This document shows, one piece after another, positions 1 to 13,381 of a DNA stretch of 64,000 nt. Numbering within the stretch: the stretch's first letter is position 1; every line of letters starts with the position of its first letter. The notes under the pieces were generated by a model. It saw nothing but the letters and a program-made list of their open reading frames with translations, ran no database searches and was not told the DNA's origin. Source of the DNA: Cenococcum geophilum. Lineage: Eukaryota. The stretch spans positions 2,170,001 through 2,234,000 of the forward strand of contig CP158635.1 of NCBI GenBank assembly GCA_050273025.1, read 5' to 3'. A program made the position numbers and the translations under genes.

Positions 1-3000
1 TCTTAACTATATAACGTTCTCTAGTTGCTACCAATTTACTATAGCCTCGATCTTCTTTAGATCTATACTAAGTTAGCCTAGTTTAATAATAAATCTAACA
101 AAATTGGTCTTCCTAGTAAAGAACTCGTATTTCTTAATTGCTACTAGCATCTATTCTTCTTATAGTCTCTTTAAGACCTATTTAACATGTTCTCCGTGTT
201 TTTCCTCTGTTATTAAGTAGATAATAATATTATTAAGATATACTATAATAAATTTATCTAAGTGTTCTCCTAATATATTATTAATACGCTTCTAGAACGT
301 TACTAGTGCGTTTATAAGCCCAAATTATATAACTAATGGTTTATATAGTCCTTCCTTTAACCTAAAGGCTGCCTTTTATTTATTGCCTTCCTTAATCCTA
401 ATCTAATAGTACGCCCATCTTAGATTTATCTTTATAAAGATTTACGCATTGCCTATCCTATCTTAGATTTCGCTAATTAAGGGTAAAGGATACCTATCCT
501 TCCTAGTAATGCTATTTAACTGTCTATAGTTAATATACAGCCTTAGTTTACCATTTTTCTTTAGTATAAATAGTACTAGATAACCTACTAATAACTGCAA
601 TAGTCTAATATATCCCTTTTATAGATTTTCCTAGATAAACTCTTTTAACGCTCTACCTTCTTCTTTAATAAGCTTATAGATTAGAAAGAACCTTAGACTT
701 ATTTCTGGTTTTAACTCTATTTTATAGTCCTATACTATATATTCTAACAGCTTTTTACTTTCCGGTAACTATAGTTTTTTACTATACTTATAGTATCTCT
801 TTAGTACATAACTTAGTCCCTTTTCTATTTCTTCGTAGGTTGCTCCTACTTAGTACTATACTAACTTAGCTTATTATTACATTTTACGGCGTTAAGTATC
901 TCTAATATTAACCTAACCTGTAATCTAATCGATCCTTAAATTATATTCCTATAACTAAGGTATGCCTAATACTGCCTTATCCCGTCCTAATAGTAGGATA
1001 TTAAAAGACATCTTAATTTATCTCCCTTTAATAGTTATCTAAATAGGTCCTGTTTTAAGATTAATAATCCCTCCTCTATAGGTTATTAGATCTCCTAAAA
1101 TTGTAACTAATAGGTAAGGTTGCTCCTTTTATTTATAAAGTAGTCCTATTCTCTTAACTGCTGCTAGTAAGATATAGTTTTATATTACTCCACTATCTAT
1201 TAGCGCTTTAAACTGCTAATCTTACCAATTAATTCGTAAATTTAGGTGTCGTCCTTAAATTCCTTTAAGGGTTTAAGGCTCTACTACTGGCTTCCTCTGG
1301 TTTTATAGGCCTCTACTTTTCCTAACTGTTAGCTGCTTAATCCTAGTATACTTAGCTTATTCTTTAGCTAATACCTAATTCGCTTTTTATCTTTAATATA
1401 CTATAAACACGTATTTTCTGGGCATTTTTACTACTATTGTCTATCTAAGCATTCTTCCATAAGGAATCTTCCTGGTTAAAGTACTAAACTTCCTTCTTCT
1501 TAGACCTCTGCTAGATGCCATCTATATATATATTTAGTATTCCTATACTATTACTCGTCCGTTATCCAGTATATCCTTATAGGGTATTTCCGATTTTTTT
1601 CCTTTAGATTCTTATGTATATCGTATATATCGTCCACGCACGCAATCTATAATAATGTATAGTGTGCTAGGTACTTTAGGTTAACTCTTAGCTCGTCTTT
1701 ATTTCCAAGTTTAAACCTTTATTATGCTAATCTAAACGTTATAACTTTATTTATAGGTACTAAGATGCGTCTCTTGCTTCTCTAGTCCTCTAAACGTTCC
1801 TTTAGATCCTTTGCTGTTATAATTAAGGCTCCTTTAATATGCGTTATAGCCTTTTCTATAATCGGGTAGTCCTAAATAACTTTTTTATCTAACTATATAT
1901 AGAAATCTTCCCACTTATTATTGTGCCTCTGCCTATACTACTTTTGGTATAGCTGCTAGAGTATATACGGCTTATCCGTAAGGAAGTATCTTCTTATTAC
2001 TATATTATAATAGCCCTTTATATGTTGTTCCTTAAACCTAGTTAGAATTCCTAGATCCTCTTTATTTTCTAATTTAGTAAACCACTTAGCTCTTAGTGTG
2101 CCTACTCTTAGCCTATTAGTAATTCTTTGTACTAGTGCTCTGTCCTTTATATGTCCCAATATGCTAAATCTCTTATCTAGTTTCTGTTCTTGCTATATAA
2201 TAATTCTTTACCTAAACTCTTCTATAGTTTCTTTTAGTTTGCGCCTTACGCTCTAATTCTCAAAGTTATCTTACTTTTTAATCTTAGTATTAAACTTTCA
2301 ATCTTTAGGCTGAATACTGCGTTCCTCTAGTAAGTTTTCTGGGTCTATATATCTGTCTCCTAGTTTAACTACTATTTATATTGCAGATTCTCTAATCTGT
2401 AAAGAAGCTCCTTACCTCTTACCTATAGGTGTCCTTATTTGTACTCTAAAATCTTAGTCCCTTAGATTTTTTAATCCTAAGCTTGCTTCTAACTTAAGCT
2501 TAGCTCCTGCCTTAGTCTAACTAGGCGTCTGTAGTGTTCTCATCTCGTCTTAAGAGTCTTAAATCTCACTTATCTCGTCTTAAGAGTCTTATACCTGTGG
2601 GAAACTCTATCCCAAGCTTATTTATATATTTCTGAACTAAGCTACTGCCCTACTCTATCGGTTTTCATCTATTATAGGTCCTTAGGTATACCTTATCTCT
2701 TCTTAAAAGTCTTGGTTATCTTTTATCTCGTCTTAAGAATCTTAAGCCTTTGGCCTTTTGCCTTTATTAAGTGCCGAAGTGGTTTGCTATCCTACTTTTC
2801 TTACGTCTCGTAAAGCGATAGACATTATATCTAGTGGGGTTTTAATCCCTACTAATGTTCCCTATTCTATAGTGGAATTATCCTCTACTTCTGGTATAAT
2901 ATCTTTAAGGTCTACTCACTCCTAATAAGCGGCCTTTATTGCCTTATTGTTACGGAATATTTCGCCTAGGTTAAATTTATCGTCCTTAATGTCCGATCTA

Positions 3001-4271
3001 TAAACTAGTTTATTAGTTCCTCTATATCCTATAGGTGCTAGCTCTTATAGCTAATAGCTTACGCCGTACTTAGCGTCCTTATAAATTTAGTATACGTTAT
3101 TATAACAAAATGCAAAACTTCTAATTAAATATTCTTTTATCCCTTATAGTACATTATTATCCCTCTATACGTGTATATCGTCTACTAGTCTCGTGCCTTT
3201 TACTATATAGTAACTCTGCCTACTTTTATAGTCTTTAATATAATAACCTTATTTTCCGCAATTTATATAAGCTCCTTTTTTAAACTATTTCTCTTGCTAT
3301 AGAGTCCGCCTAAATATCTTCTACTATTAAGATCCCTAATTTAGCCTCTACTCCTTAGACCTTTAATTACTTAATCCTTATCCTCTAGGTTTCCATAATT
3401 TGCTCCCTCCCTTATAGGCTTCTTTAGTACCACTTAAGTCTATTAACTCTATACCATACTATAGTTTCTAACTTAGCTTTTATCGTTATATACTTTGCGC
3501 CTTATACGACTATAGAACTCTATCCTAGCCTCTCTTAGCCTATTCCCTTTAGTAGATCCAATTATTAATCTTAATCACCTAATCTATTAGTTTCCTTAGG
3601 GTGTCCGCATCTTCTATTAGGATAATTACGTCCTAGACTTTAGCCTTAAGTCCCTATTTATACTATACTATAAGCGCCCTATTATTCCACTCTACTTATA
3701 TTACTAATATCTAGAACTATGTCGTATACTTAATTGCTAAAGTTTATTATATAAGGTTCTAGAGTTTTCTTTCCGCTATAGTTATTTCTTCCGGGTCTCC
3801 GAATATCTGCGTAAGTCGCTCTATAAATCCTTCCCAACTTAAGAATATAAATCGCACGTCTTAGTTAGTGGTCATCATTCCGTTTACCTATATCTCCGTA
3901 AGGTAAGGTTTAAACCACTTAAGTGCTTTTTCTAATAAGAATAGTCCTATATAGGCTATCCGATCTATAGGTATAGGTAACTTTACTCCCTTCTATAAGA
4001 CCTTAAAGTATATCTACATAAGAAACCCTTTAAGTTTTAACCTCTCTCCTATAAATCTCTTAATTAATAGTAGCTTAATCTTTACTACTCCTATCCCGTT
4101 AAGTCTTTCTTCTAACACTACACTATTAGCTATTAGCTAGTTAACTATCTCCTATAGCTGTCCAACCGTTATAGGTTGCTATGAGTTAGTATCTGCCATA
4201 CTGGTATTACCTCCTATCCCTAAAGTAGTTGCTACCATTAATGGTGTTATAGTGGCTGCTTTTAGTGGCAT
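1..4271 (-). pseudogene. gag-pol: RIP-inactivated gag-pol of A1 (gag, CCHC knuckle, protease, RT)
   Basis: De-RIPed motifs: ALIDSG protease ~1190-1210, RT YLDD ~225-240; many TAA/TAG stops derived from CAA/CAG/TGG. Confidence 0.85.
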
Positions 4272-4315
4272 GTTATTCGACTTCTTATATTAATACTATA
4301 ACTAGGTAGTAATTA

Positions 4316-4741
4316 TATAACGGAACCTTATAGCAAGAACTACAATAGGCTTGTTATTGGGCTAGGTGTATAGGAAATATAAGTATAAAAGTTAACAACG
4401 TACTAATAACTGGTGGAGTAGTTGCCTAATAGATTAACTCTAATTATATTCTAAGAATTACTATAAAGAAGGAACTATCTAGGTAGGGACTAAGGGTCCT
4501 TAAATACACAACCGTACTCCTATGAAATCCTTCTTGTACATAATATACGTGCGCTCTATCTAATCTGTTATAGATCCTACAGATCACGCAGATCACATAG
4601 ATTACATTATATGACCTTAGTTACTATTCCTCATTACATAGTTCTATCGGCTCCATCCTAGACCATACCTATATTAACCAACTAGCTTCTTCCGTCTCTT
4701 CTCCAAGTAGTCGTAACATCATACTTAAAGCGTCCGTAACA
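4316..4741 (-). repeat. Family A 5' LTR (426 bp)
   Basis: Matches the 424-bp LTRs at 20625, 35276, 38910, 42445 and 55802; TG...CA ends, partly RIPed. Confidence 0.93.
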
Positions 4742-7700
4742 AATAGGCTAAGAGAGGTTAGGATAGAGTTCTATGGTTATATAAGGCGTAGAGTACGCAA
4801 CGACTAAAGCTAAGTTAGAAACTATAGTATAGTATAGAGCTAATAGATCTAAGTAGTACTAAAGAATCTAGAAGATAAAATAAGAAATTATAGAAATCTA
4901 AAGGATAAGGATTAAATAATTAAAGGTCTAAGAAGTAGAGGCCGAATTAGGGATCTTAGTAGTAGAAGATATTTAGGCGGACTCTATAATAAGAAAAATA
5001 GTTTAAAGAAGGGGCTTATATAAATTACGGAAAATAAGGTTATTATATTAGAGACTGCAAAAGTAGTTAGAGTTACTATATAGTAAAAGGGATAAGACTA
5101 GTAGACGATATATATGTATAGAGGGATAATAATATGCTATAAGGAATAAAGGAATATTTGGTTAAAAGTTTTATGTTCTGTTATAATAATATATACCGAA
5201 TTTATAAGGACGCTAAGTATGGCGTAAGCTATTAGCTATAAAAGCTATATTTAGCAGAATATAAGGGAACTAATAAACTAGTTTGCAGATCGGATATTAA
5301 GGATAATAAATTTAATAAAGGCGAAATATTTTATAATAATAAGGTAATAAGAGCGGCTTACTTGGAGTATATAGACCTTAAAGATATTATATAAGAGGTA
5401 GAGGATAATTCCACTATAGAATAGGGAATATTAGTAGGGATTAAGACCCTACTAGACATAATATCTATTGCTTCGTAAAACGTAAGAGAAGTAGAACAGT
5501 AAGCTACTTCGGCACTTAATAAAGGTAAAAAGCTAAAAGCTCAAGATTCTTAAGACGAGATGCGAGACGACTAAGATTCTTTAGACGAGATAAGGTAAGC
5601 TTAAGGACCTATAACGGACGATAACTAATAGAGCAGAGTAATGGCTTAGTTTAGTAATATACAAATAAGCTTAGGATAAAGTTTCCTATAAATATAAGAC
5701 TCTTAAGACAAAATAAGTAAGATTTAAGATTCTTAAAACGAGATAAGAATACTAAGTAAGCCTAGTTGGACTAAGGCTGGAGTAAAGCTTAAGGAAGAAG
5801 TAAGCTTAGGACTATAGTATTTGGCCTAAAGATTAAAAAGTTAATATTAAGATTAAGAAGTAGGAAGACTTTAAGGATCTATTTATAAGACACAAACTAA
5901 AGAAAACCATAGAAGAATTTAGGTAAAGAATTATTGTATAGTAAAAACGGAAACTAGATAAGAGATTTAGTATATTAGGATATATAAGGGACAGAGCACT
6001 AGTATAAAGAATTATTAATAGGCCTAGGGTAGGTATACTAAAAGCTAAGTAGCTTACTAAACTGGAAAACGAAGAGAATCTAGAGATCCCTATTAGGTTC
6101 GAAGAATAATATATAAAAGGCTGTTATAACATAGTAATAAGAAGATACTTCCTTACGGATAAGCCGTATATACTTAAATAGCTATACTAAAAGTAGTATA
6201 GGCAGCGACATAATAATAAGTGGGAAGATTTTTATATATAGTTAGATAAAAAAGTTATCTAGGACTACCTAATTACGGAAAAGGCTATAACTTACGTTAA
6301 AGGAGCCTTAATTATAACGTTAAAGGATCTAGAGGAACGATTAGAGGACTAAAGAAGTAAAAGGTATATCTTAATACCTATAAATAAAGTTATAATGTTT
6401 AGATTAACATAACAGAGGTTTAAACTTAAAGATAAAAATAAATTAAGAGTTAACCTAAAGCACCTAGTATACTATACGCTATTATAGATTGTATGCGTGG
6501 ATAATATATATAATATATATAAGAATCTAAAGGAAAAGAATTGGAAATACCTTATAAGAATATATTAGGCGCCAGATAAGTAATAGTATAGAAATACTAA
6601 GTATATACATAGCTAGCATTTAATAGAAGTTTAGGAATTAGGGGACTTAATACTTTAACTAGAAAGATTCCTTACGGAAGAATACTTAAATAGATAATAG
6701 TAGTGGGAATACCTAGAGAATACGTATCTATAGTATATTAAAGATAAAAAGTAAACTAGGTATTAGCTAAAGAATAAGCTAAGTATATAAGGATTAAGCA
6801 GCTAATAGTTAGGAAAAGTAGAGGCCTATAGAACTAAAGGGAGCTAGTAGTAAAGCCTTAGACCCTTAAAGGAATTTAAGGATAATACCTAAATTTATAA
6901 GTAAAATAGTAAAATTAGTAGTTTAAAGCGCTAATAGATTGTGGAATAATACAAAACTATATCTTATTAGTAGTAGTTAAGAGAATAGGGTTACCTTATA
7001 AACAAAAGGAGTAATCTTATCTATTAGTTACGATTTTAGGAGATCTAATAGCATATAAAGGAGGGATTATTAATCTTAAAATAGGACCTATTTAGATAAC
7101 CATTAAAGGGAGACAAATTAAGATATCTTTTAATATCCTACCATTAAGACGGGATAAGGCAGTATTAGGGATGCCTTAGTTATAGGAATATAATTTAAAG
7201 ATTAATTGGATTATAGGATAGGTTAATATTAGGGATACTTAACGCTGTAGAATGCGATAATAAACTAAGCTAGTATAGTACTAAGCCGGAGTAATATATA
7301 AGGAGACTAAGCGAGGCTTAAGTTACGTACTAAAAAGATACTATAAGTATAATAAGAAACTATAGTTACTAGAGAGTAAAAAGCTGTTAGAGTATATAGC
7401 ATAGGACTATAAGATAAAATTAGAACTAGGAATAAGTCTAAGGTTCTTTCTAATCTATAAGCTTACTAAAGTGGAAGGTAGAGCACTAAAGGAGTTTATT
7501 TAGGAAAACTTATAAAAGGGATATATTAGACTATTATAGTTATTAATAGGTTATCTAGTACTATTTATACTAAAGAAAAATAGTAAACTAAGGCTATATA
7601 TCGACTATAGGCAGTTAAACAGTATTACTAGAAAGGATAGGTATCCTTTGCCCTTAATTAGCAAGATTTAAGATAGGATAGGTAACGCGCAAATCTTTAC

Positions 7701-7889
7701 GAAGATAAATCTAAGATAGGCGTACTATTAGATTAGGATTAAGGAAGGTAACAAATAAAAAGCAGCCTTTAGGTTAAAGGAAGGACTATATAAACTATTA
7801 GTTATATAATTTAGGCTTATAAACGCTCTAGTAACGTTCTAGAAGCGTATTAATAATGTATTAGGAGAGCACTTGGATGAATTTATTAT

Positions 7890-8057
7890 CCCTTACACCG
7901 TTGAAATCGCCCGTAGAGTCGTGGCCCGAGCTTAACCAATTAAACCACTTATTTATGGGCGGTCGGCAATTCTGCCGCAACTCCCATTGGTAGAGGTTTT
8001 GATGTTCTTAAGAATCGTGCACGGGCTAAATCTGCACGGCAGACGACGGTGCAAGGG
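7890..8057. mobile_element. 168-bp MITE with CCC...GGG termini, CMC/CACTA-like
   Basis: 14-bp TIR CCCTTACACCGTTG / CGACGGTGCAAGGG (12/14, transitions only); 2-bp TSD AT by comparison with the empty site in A1, A3 and A4 (ATTTATTATAGTAT); inverted subterminal GCCCG/CGGGC repeats. Confidence 0.85.
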
Positions 8058-10037
8058 ATAGTATACCTTAATAACATTATTATTTACTTAATAACTAAAG
8101 AAGAATATAAGGAACACGTTAAATAGGTCTTAAAGAGGCTATAAGAAGAACAAATGCTAGTAGTAATTAAGAAATGCGAGTTCTTTACTAGGAAGACCAA
8201 TTTTGTTAGATTTATTATTAAACTAGGCTAACTTAGTATAGATCTAAAAAGGATTAAGGCTATAGTAAATTGGTAAGAACTAAAGAATATAACGTGGTTA
8301 AGATTATTTCTAGGGTTTTATAATTACTGCAGAAGGTTTATAGCGTAATAGTTAAAAGATATTAAGCCATTTACGCAATTAATAAAGAAAGAAGAACTAT
8401 AGGTATAGGGAAAGGAATAATAAGAGTTATTTAAGAAAGTTAAGGAGTTGTTTACTTAGGAGCTAGTTCTTAAAATCTATTAACTAAGTTTAGAAATAGT
8501 TATAAAAATAAATATATTAGATTTTGTACTAGGGGTATACTTTATATAGAAATATTAAGATAAATGGCACCCGGTAGTATACTATAGTTAAAAAATAACA
8601 CTATAAGAGTTAAACTATAATATCTATAACAAGGAGTTACTAGGTATAGTTACAGTATTAAAGAAATAGAGAGCGTTCTTATAAGGTATAAAGAAACTAT
8701 TTATAGTTAAAATAGATTATAAGAACCTAATAGGATTTCTAATAATAAAGGAACTTAACTAAAGATAGGTTAGATGGGCAGAGATGCTTATAGAATACTA
8801 TTTTAAGATTTAGTATACTAGGGGTATGGATAATATATAAGTAGACGCTCTAAGTTAAAAGGCTAAACTATAAGACGATAAGAAGCTATTAGGGGCTTTA
8901 TTGCGAAAAGACATAGACAGAATAATTAGGTATAATTACCCGAAGATTATAGCAACTTAAAAAGAACTAAAAAGAGTTTATAAGATACTAGAAAGCTTTT
9001 AGGTATAAAGAATTCTAAAAGTATAACTAGAAGATCTATAGATGGATATATATAAAAACCGAGAAGTAAAATATATCCTAAGAAGCATAGCAGAGCATTT
9101 TATAAAAGATTTCTATAAGGGAATGACTTAAGGATATAATAGAGCTATAAGCTTAGTGTCTAGACTCTAAGAGGAGTACATTATTAATAGGATCTGGAAT
9201 ATTATAAGAAAAGTAATAAAGGAGTATCTAGATTGCTAAAGAAATAAACTAATAAGGTATAAGCTATATGGAGGGCTATAACCTATTAAAATACTAGAGA
9301 GACTATAGGAGGTTATATTATAGGACTTTATTATAAAACTACTAAAATTAAGAGATCCTATTACTAGATAAGATTATAACGTGATTTTAGTAATAATAGA
9401 TAAGCTTATAAAGTGGGGATACTTTATAGCATATATAGAATAAATATTAGTAGAAGATATTGCTAAAATCTATATTAAGGAAGTATTTATAAGGCACGGA
9501 GTACTAAGTAAGATTATATTAGATAGAGATTTAAGATTTATAATAGTATTTTAGGAAGTATTCTTAGCGGAGTAAGGAGTTAGAGCAGCAACTTCTACTA
9601 TATATTATCTATAGATAGATAGTTAAACAAAAAGATTAAATTAGACGCTAGAACAGTATTTAAAATACTATATTAATTACGTATAGAATAATTGGATATC
9701 GCTATTACTAGTTATATAGTTTATATATAATATAACACCTTAAGAAGGAATAGGTATATTACTATTTAAGGTAAATTACGGATATAAGCTAAGAATATTA
9801 TTATTACTACGGTAAGTAAAGAAAACGAGTAATATAGCTAAAGAAAGAATAAAGATATTAATAAATCTTTATATAGACCTTATAGAATTAATAAAGAAAG
9901 TATAAAAGAGAATAAAAAAGTACTATAATGCTAAGAGATCTAAGGGACTAGATCTTAAGGAGGGAGATAAAGTATAGCTACTATATAAAAATTTTAAGAG
10001 TTAACAACTAAGTAAGAAGTTAGACTATGTTAGACTA

Positions 10038-10203
10038 TATTAAGAATGAGGCAAGCGGTCGTTACGTGACGCCATAGCACTAGCGTGGCGAGGAGTCTTA
10101 GGCTCCTCGCCCTTTCTCATTCCAATTAATAAGCTTTATTAACTACCATCACTATAACCTACTTAAGTAGTCGTTATTAGTAAGTTACCCTATGTAACTA
10201 ATA
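10038..10203 (+). repeat. Copia B 5' LTR
   Basis: Direct repeat of 37672-37837. Confidence 0.93.
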
Positions 10204-13104
10204 CTAATTAGTGGTTAAATATATAGTTAACTATAGAGCAGCTAGGTTTTTAAATAGAAGAGATAGTCTTATATAGGGGTGCTATATGCGCTTATATAGA
10301 ATAGATTTCAGCGATACTATACTACCTTAAACTTACGGAAAACTAATAATAAAAGTGTTATTAAGTACTAGGAGATACTAAGTTGCGTCTATTATATAAA
10401 ATAACCACGTTTATAAAGATTTAGTTAAGTACTTTAGGTTAAAAGTGTTACTAAACCTATAGTCCTAAGTTAACGTCCGAAACGCGTTAAATAATATCCA
10501 AAACGCGTTAAACAATATCTTAAATTGCCTACCTTTTAATAGTAAACCTACAAGATCCTATAAAACTGAAAATCCTACCTACCTTTGACGTACAACACCC
10601 CGTTAATTCTGTACCTACTATAGCGTTAACCTATTTAAAGAAGTATAAGAAGGACATTAACCTAGAAACATAGAATACTAATATAATTAACTTTATAAAC
10701 GCTAAGCAACAGGATCTAAATAGATTCTTATTATACCGTATAGTATACTATAAAGACAGCGAATATAACGATACTATACTATAGTACTGTATAAGGGAGG
10801 ACTTTATTAAATAGATAAAAGAAACATAGACTCCTATAAAGAAGGATATTATATAAGACTTCTATAACTTCTTATAGGAGTATAAAGTATTTATACCTAT
10901 AGACGGGGGTACTATTAGAGATAATATTTAGGAGTAGGTTATTAACATAAAAGAAGAGCACAAATAGACTCTATAAGAGATTAAGCACCAACTACGCACT
11001 ATAAGGAAGCTTAACTTATAATAAAATCCAAGTAATATACCTCTAGAGATAAATCTACCTTCGCCCTTAACTCCTCTATATCCAATTTAACCCATAGCTT
11101 TAATGTCAGATACTATACCCTAATAAGAGTAGGTACAGGATCCTACTACTCTATAATTTAATAACCTTTAGACTCCACCGATTAGACCTACATCCCTACT
11201 ATAGCCTATAATGCAACTCCTACCTCCTCTATCTTAATCTTAAATCGGAGGCGGTTTAAAATTGCTTATAGAGCTCGCGAAGCTCTATTTAGATTAGGAG
11301 AAGAAGTTTAGTAGGGAACTATATAATATCCTTAATTCGAAACCACGTATCTTTTATAACTATTACTAAAAAGTAGGAATAGAGTCTAATTAATACCATA
11401 ACGCCTATTCCGTTATGCTTAAGGGCCAAGCTAGTACCTTCTATTATAACTATTTGGTAAGAAAAGGATATAATTTTAACCGCATAATATATAAGTTAAG
11501 ATACCACTTTAAAACAGAAGAGAATAAGTAGCAGTATATATTAGAATAGAGAGAGACTACCTTTTAAGAATTATTACTATAAACCCAGGTATCCCTCGGC
11601 TTAATTATCTTTAAAAGCTCTTTAATTAACTTTAGATAATTAAGCATAGTTTATCTAAATTATATTAAGAGAATTTTAGCCTACGTAATTAAGTTATTAG
11701 CGTATGCTAAGGCGCTAAAGAATACAACCTTGCACTCTTTAATCCTATAAATACTTATAAAGGAGTATATACTTAATTAAGATCTTCTATTAGCACCACT
11801 CTACGCTCTTAAAAAGTATAGTAATTTAATACCTAACTCTAACCTACTTTAATCGACCCGCCTAACTAATATAATTATAACTGGACTAATTAAATATATA
11901 GTGGCCGGGGTAGACAATATAGTAGAGGGTATAATTAACGACTATAAGGTAAAGGTGGAGGCCCTTATAGAGGTTTATTTTAAAGTAATTACTAAAAGAA
12001 GTACTACGTTTATAAGAAACCAAATTGCTAGTTAACTAGGCATTCTCTTAATAAGCGAAAGGAGGTATATAATAAGTTTCACTAAAGTATAAGAAATGTT
12101 AGAAATTGTAAGGTTACTATAGCCTACTTTTAAAGCTTCCTAGTTTAATATAAAGGCATAAAAGATCTTAAGGGTAAGGTTAATAAGGCCGAACAGCTCC
12201 TTATAGATATAAAAATTAAGAACTACTTACCTAACTAATACTTTACTAAGTATAGTAAGGTAGATAGTATATAAACCGTTACTATTCTTAATAACTAATC
12301 TACGCTCCACTCTATTATAAAGTTAGATATCTTTAATAAGCTATAGAAGAGTTTTACGTTCTTCTTTAATAACAGATACTCGGTAAACGTCTTCTATAGT
12401 ATTATACCAGACACTAGAGCCGCAGGAGTATCTATAGTAGGAGAACCTTAAGTTTAAGCCCTTTAGCAGCTTAATAGCTTTATTTAGATTAACTATTTAA
12501 TAGTAGGCTAATACATAATTCGTTTTAGCAAGGGTACTATAATCTCTCTTAGCATAATTAGGGTCTAAACCCCCTTAGGGTGCATTACTTTCTATATTAT
12601 TCCTATAAATACCCTATTTCTATTTTACATTAAAGATATAAATAAATTAGGCATTAAGCTTAATAACCTTAAAAATGTACTTATTTAGGGAGATAATTAG
12701 GTGCCTATTATACGTAAGTAGGGTTACCCCTAGTTGCTCCTTTATTAACTAGAAAATAGTATTGCTTAAAGCTATTTAACTAAGTTAAAGTTACGTTAAC
12801 TACACTATTATTTTAGCTACCCCTCCGTTTACTAATTACTTAGGGTTCTTTAGTAAGTAGGCTATAAAGTTAAGGTTAAGGCAATTAAGCACCTTATAAA
12901 GTACTATTATTACTACTAAATAAACTAGAAGTCCCCTAGCCGATTTAAGTTTACTCTTAAAAATAACTACAACTTTAACTTCTATATTATTATTGACATT
13001 ATATACCTTAGCGGCAAGCCAGTACTTTAAGTTATTAACTTTTTAACCTCCTTTTAAGCCGTATATTTCTTAAAGGATATATTAGCTAGAAACGTATAGG
13101 ATAC

Positions 13105-13373
13105 TATATAATTACAGCACCTGTTATACCAACCGCGTGCTTACGCGCTCGATACACCAAGTACGCGTTTACGCGTTCGGTGTACCCACTCGCTTACGCG
13201 TCTAGTGCACTCCTAAAACACTAGCTAGTTAGGGGGGAGGTGCGTTAGTATATAAACCACGTAGCCTACCTTAATAGAATTGACAGTTACCATCATCTAA
13301 AAGAGCATACGATACTATATATATTTCGTGCCCCTAGATCTAACTCACTCGTGCTATTAAATTGGTACGAACA
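13105..13373 (+). repeat. Copia C 5' LTR (269 bp)
   Basis: Direct repeat of the 3' LTR; followed immediately by palindrome CTGATCAG. Confidence 0.93.
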
Positions 13374-13381
13374 CTGATCAG
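13374..13381 (+). promoter_or_regulatory. Palindrome CTGATCAG in place of a tRNA primer-binding site (GalEa-type conserved hairpin site)
   Basis: Directly after the C 5' LTR; B has the RIPed form CTAATTAG at 10204-10211; no TGG-initiated PBS. Confidence 0.6.

Larger units (their letters stand above)
1..4741 (-). mobile_element. Ty3/Gypsy LTR retrotransposon family A, copy A1 (5' half; runs off the window), inserted into gag of copy A2
   Basis: 5' LTR 4316-4741 (minus strand TGTTACGGACG...GGTTCCGTTATA); gag ATG at 4271 (MPLKAA..); collinear with A3/A4 through protease and RT; A2 gag sequence resumes at 4742. Confidence 0.93.

Noticed and set aside
7888..8059. MITE as Tc1/mariner (TA TSD) or piggyBac (TTAA)
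   Set aside because: Comparison with empty sites in three sister copies gives an AT duplication with CCC/GGG ends.
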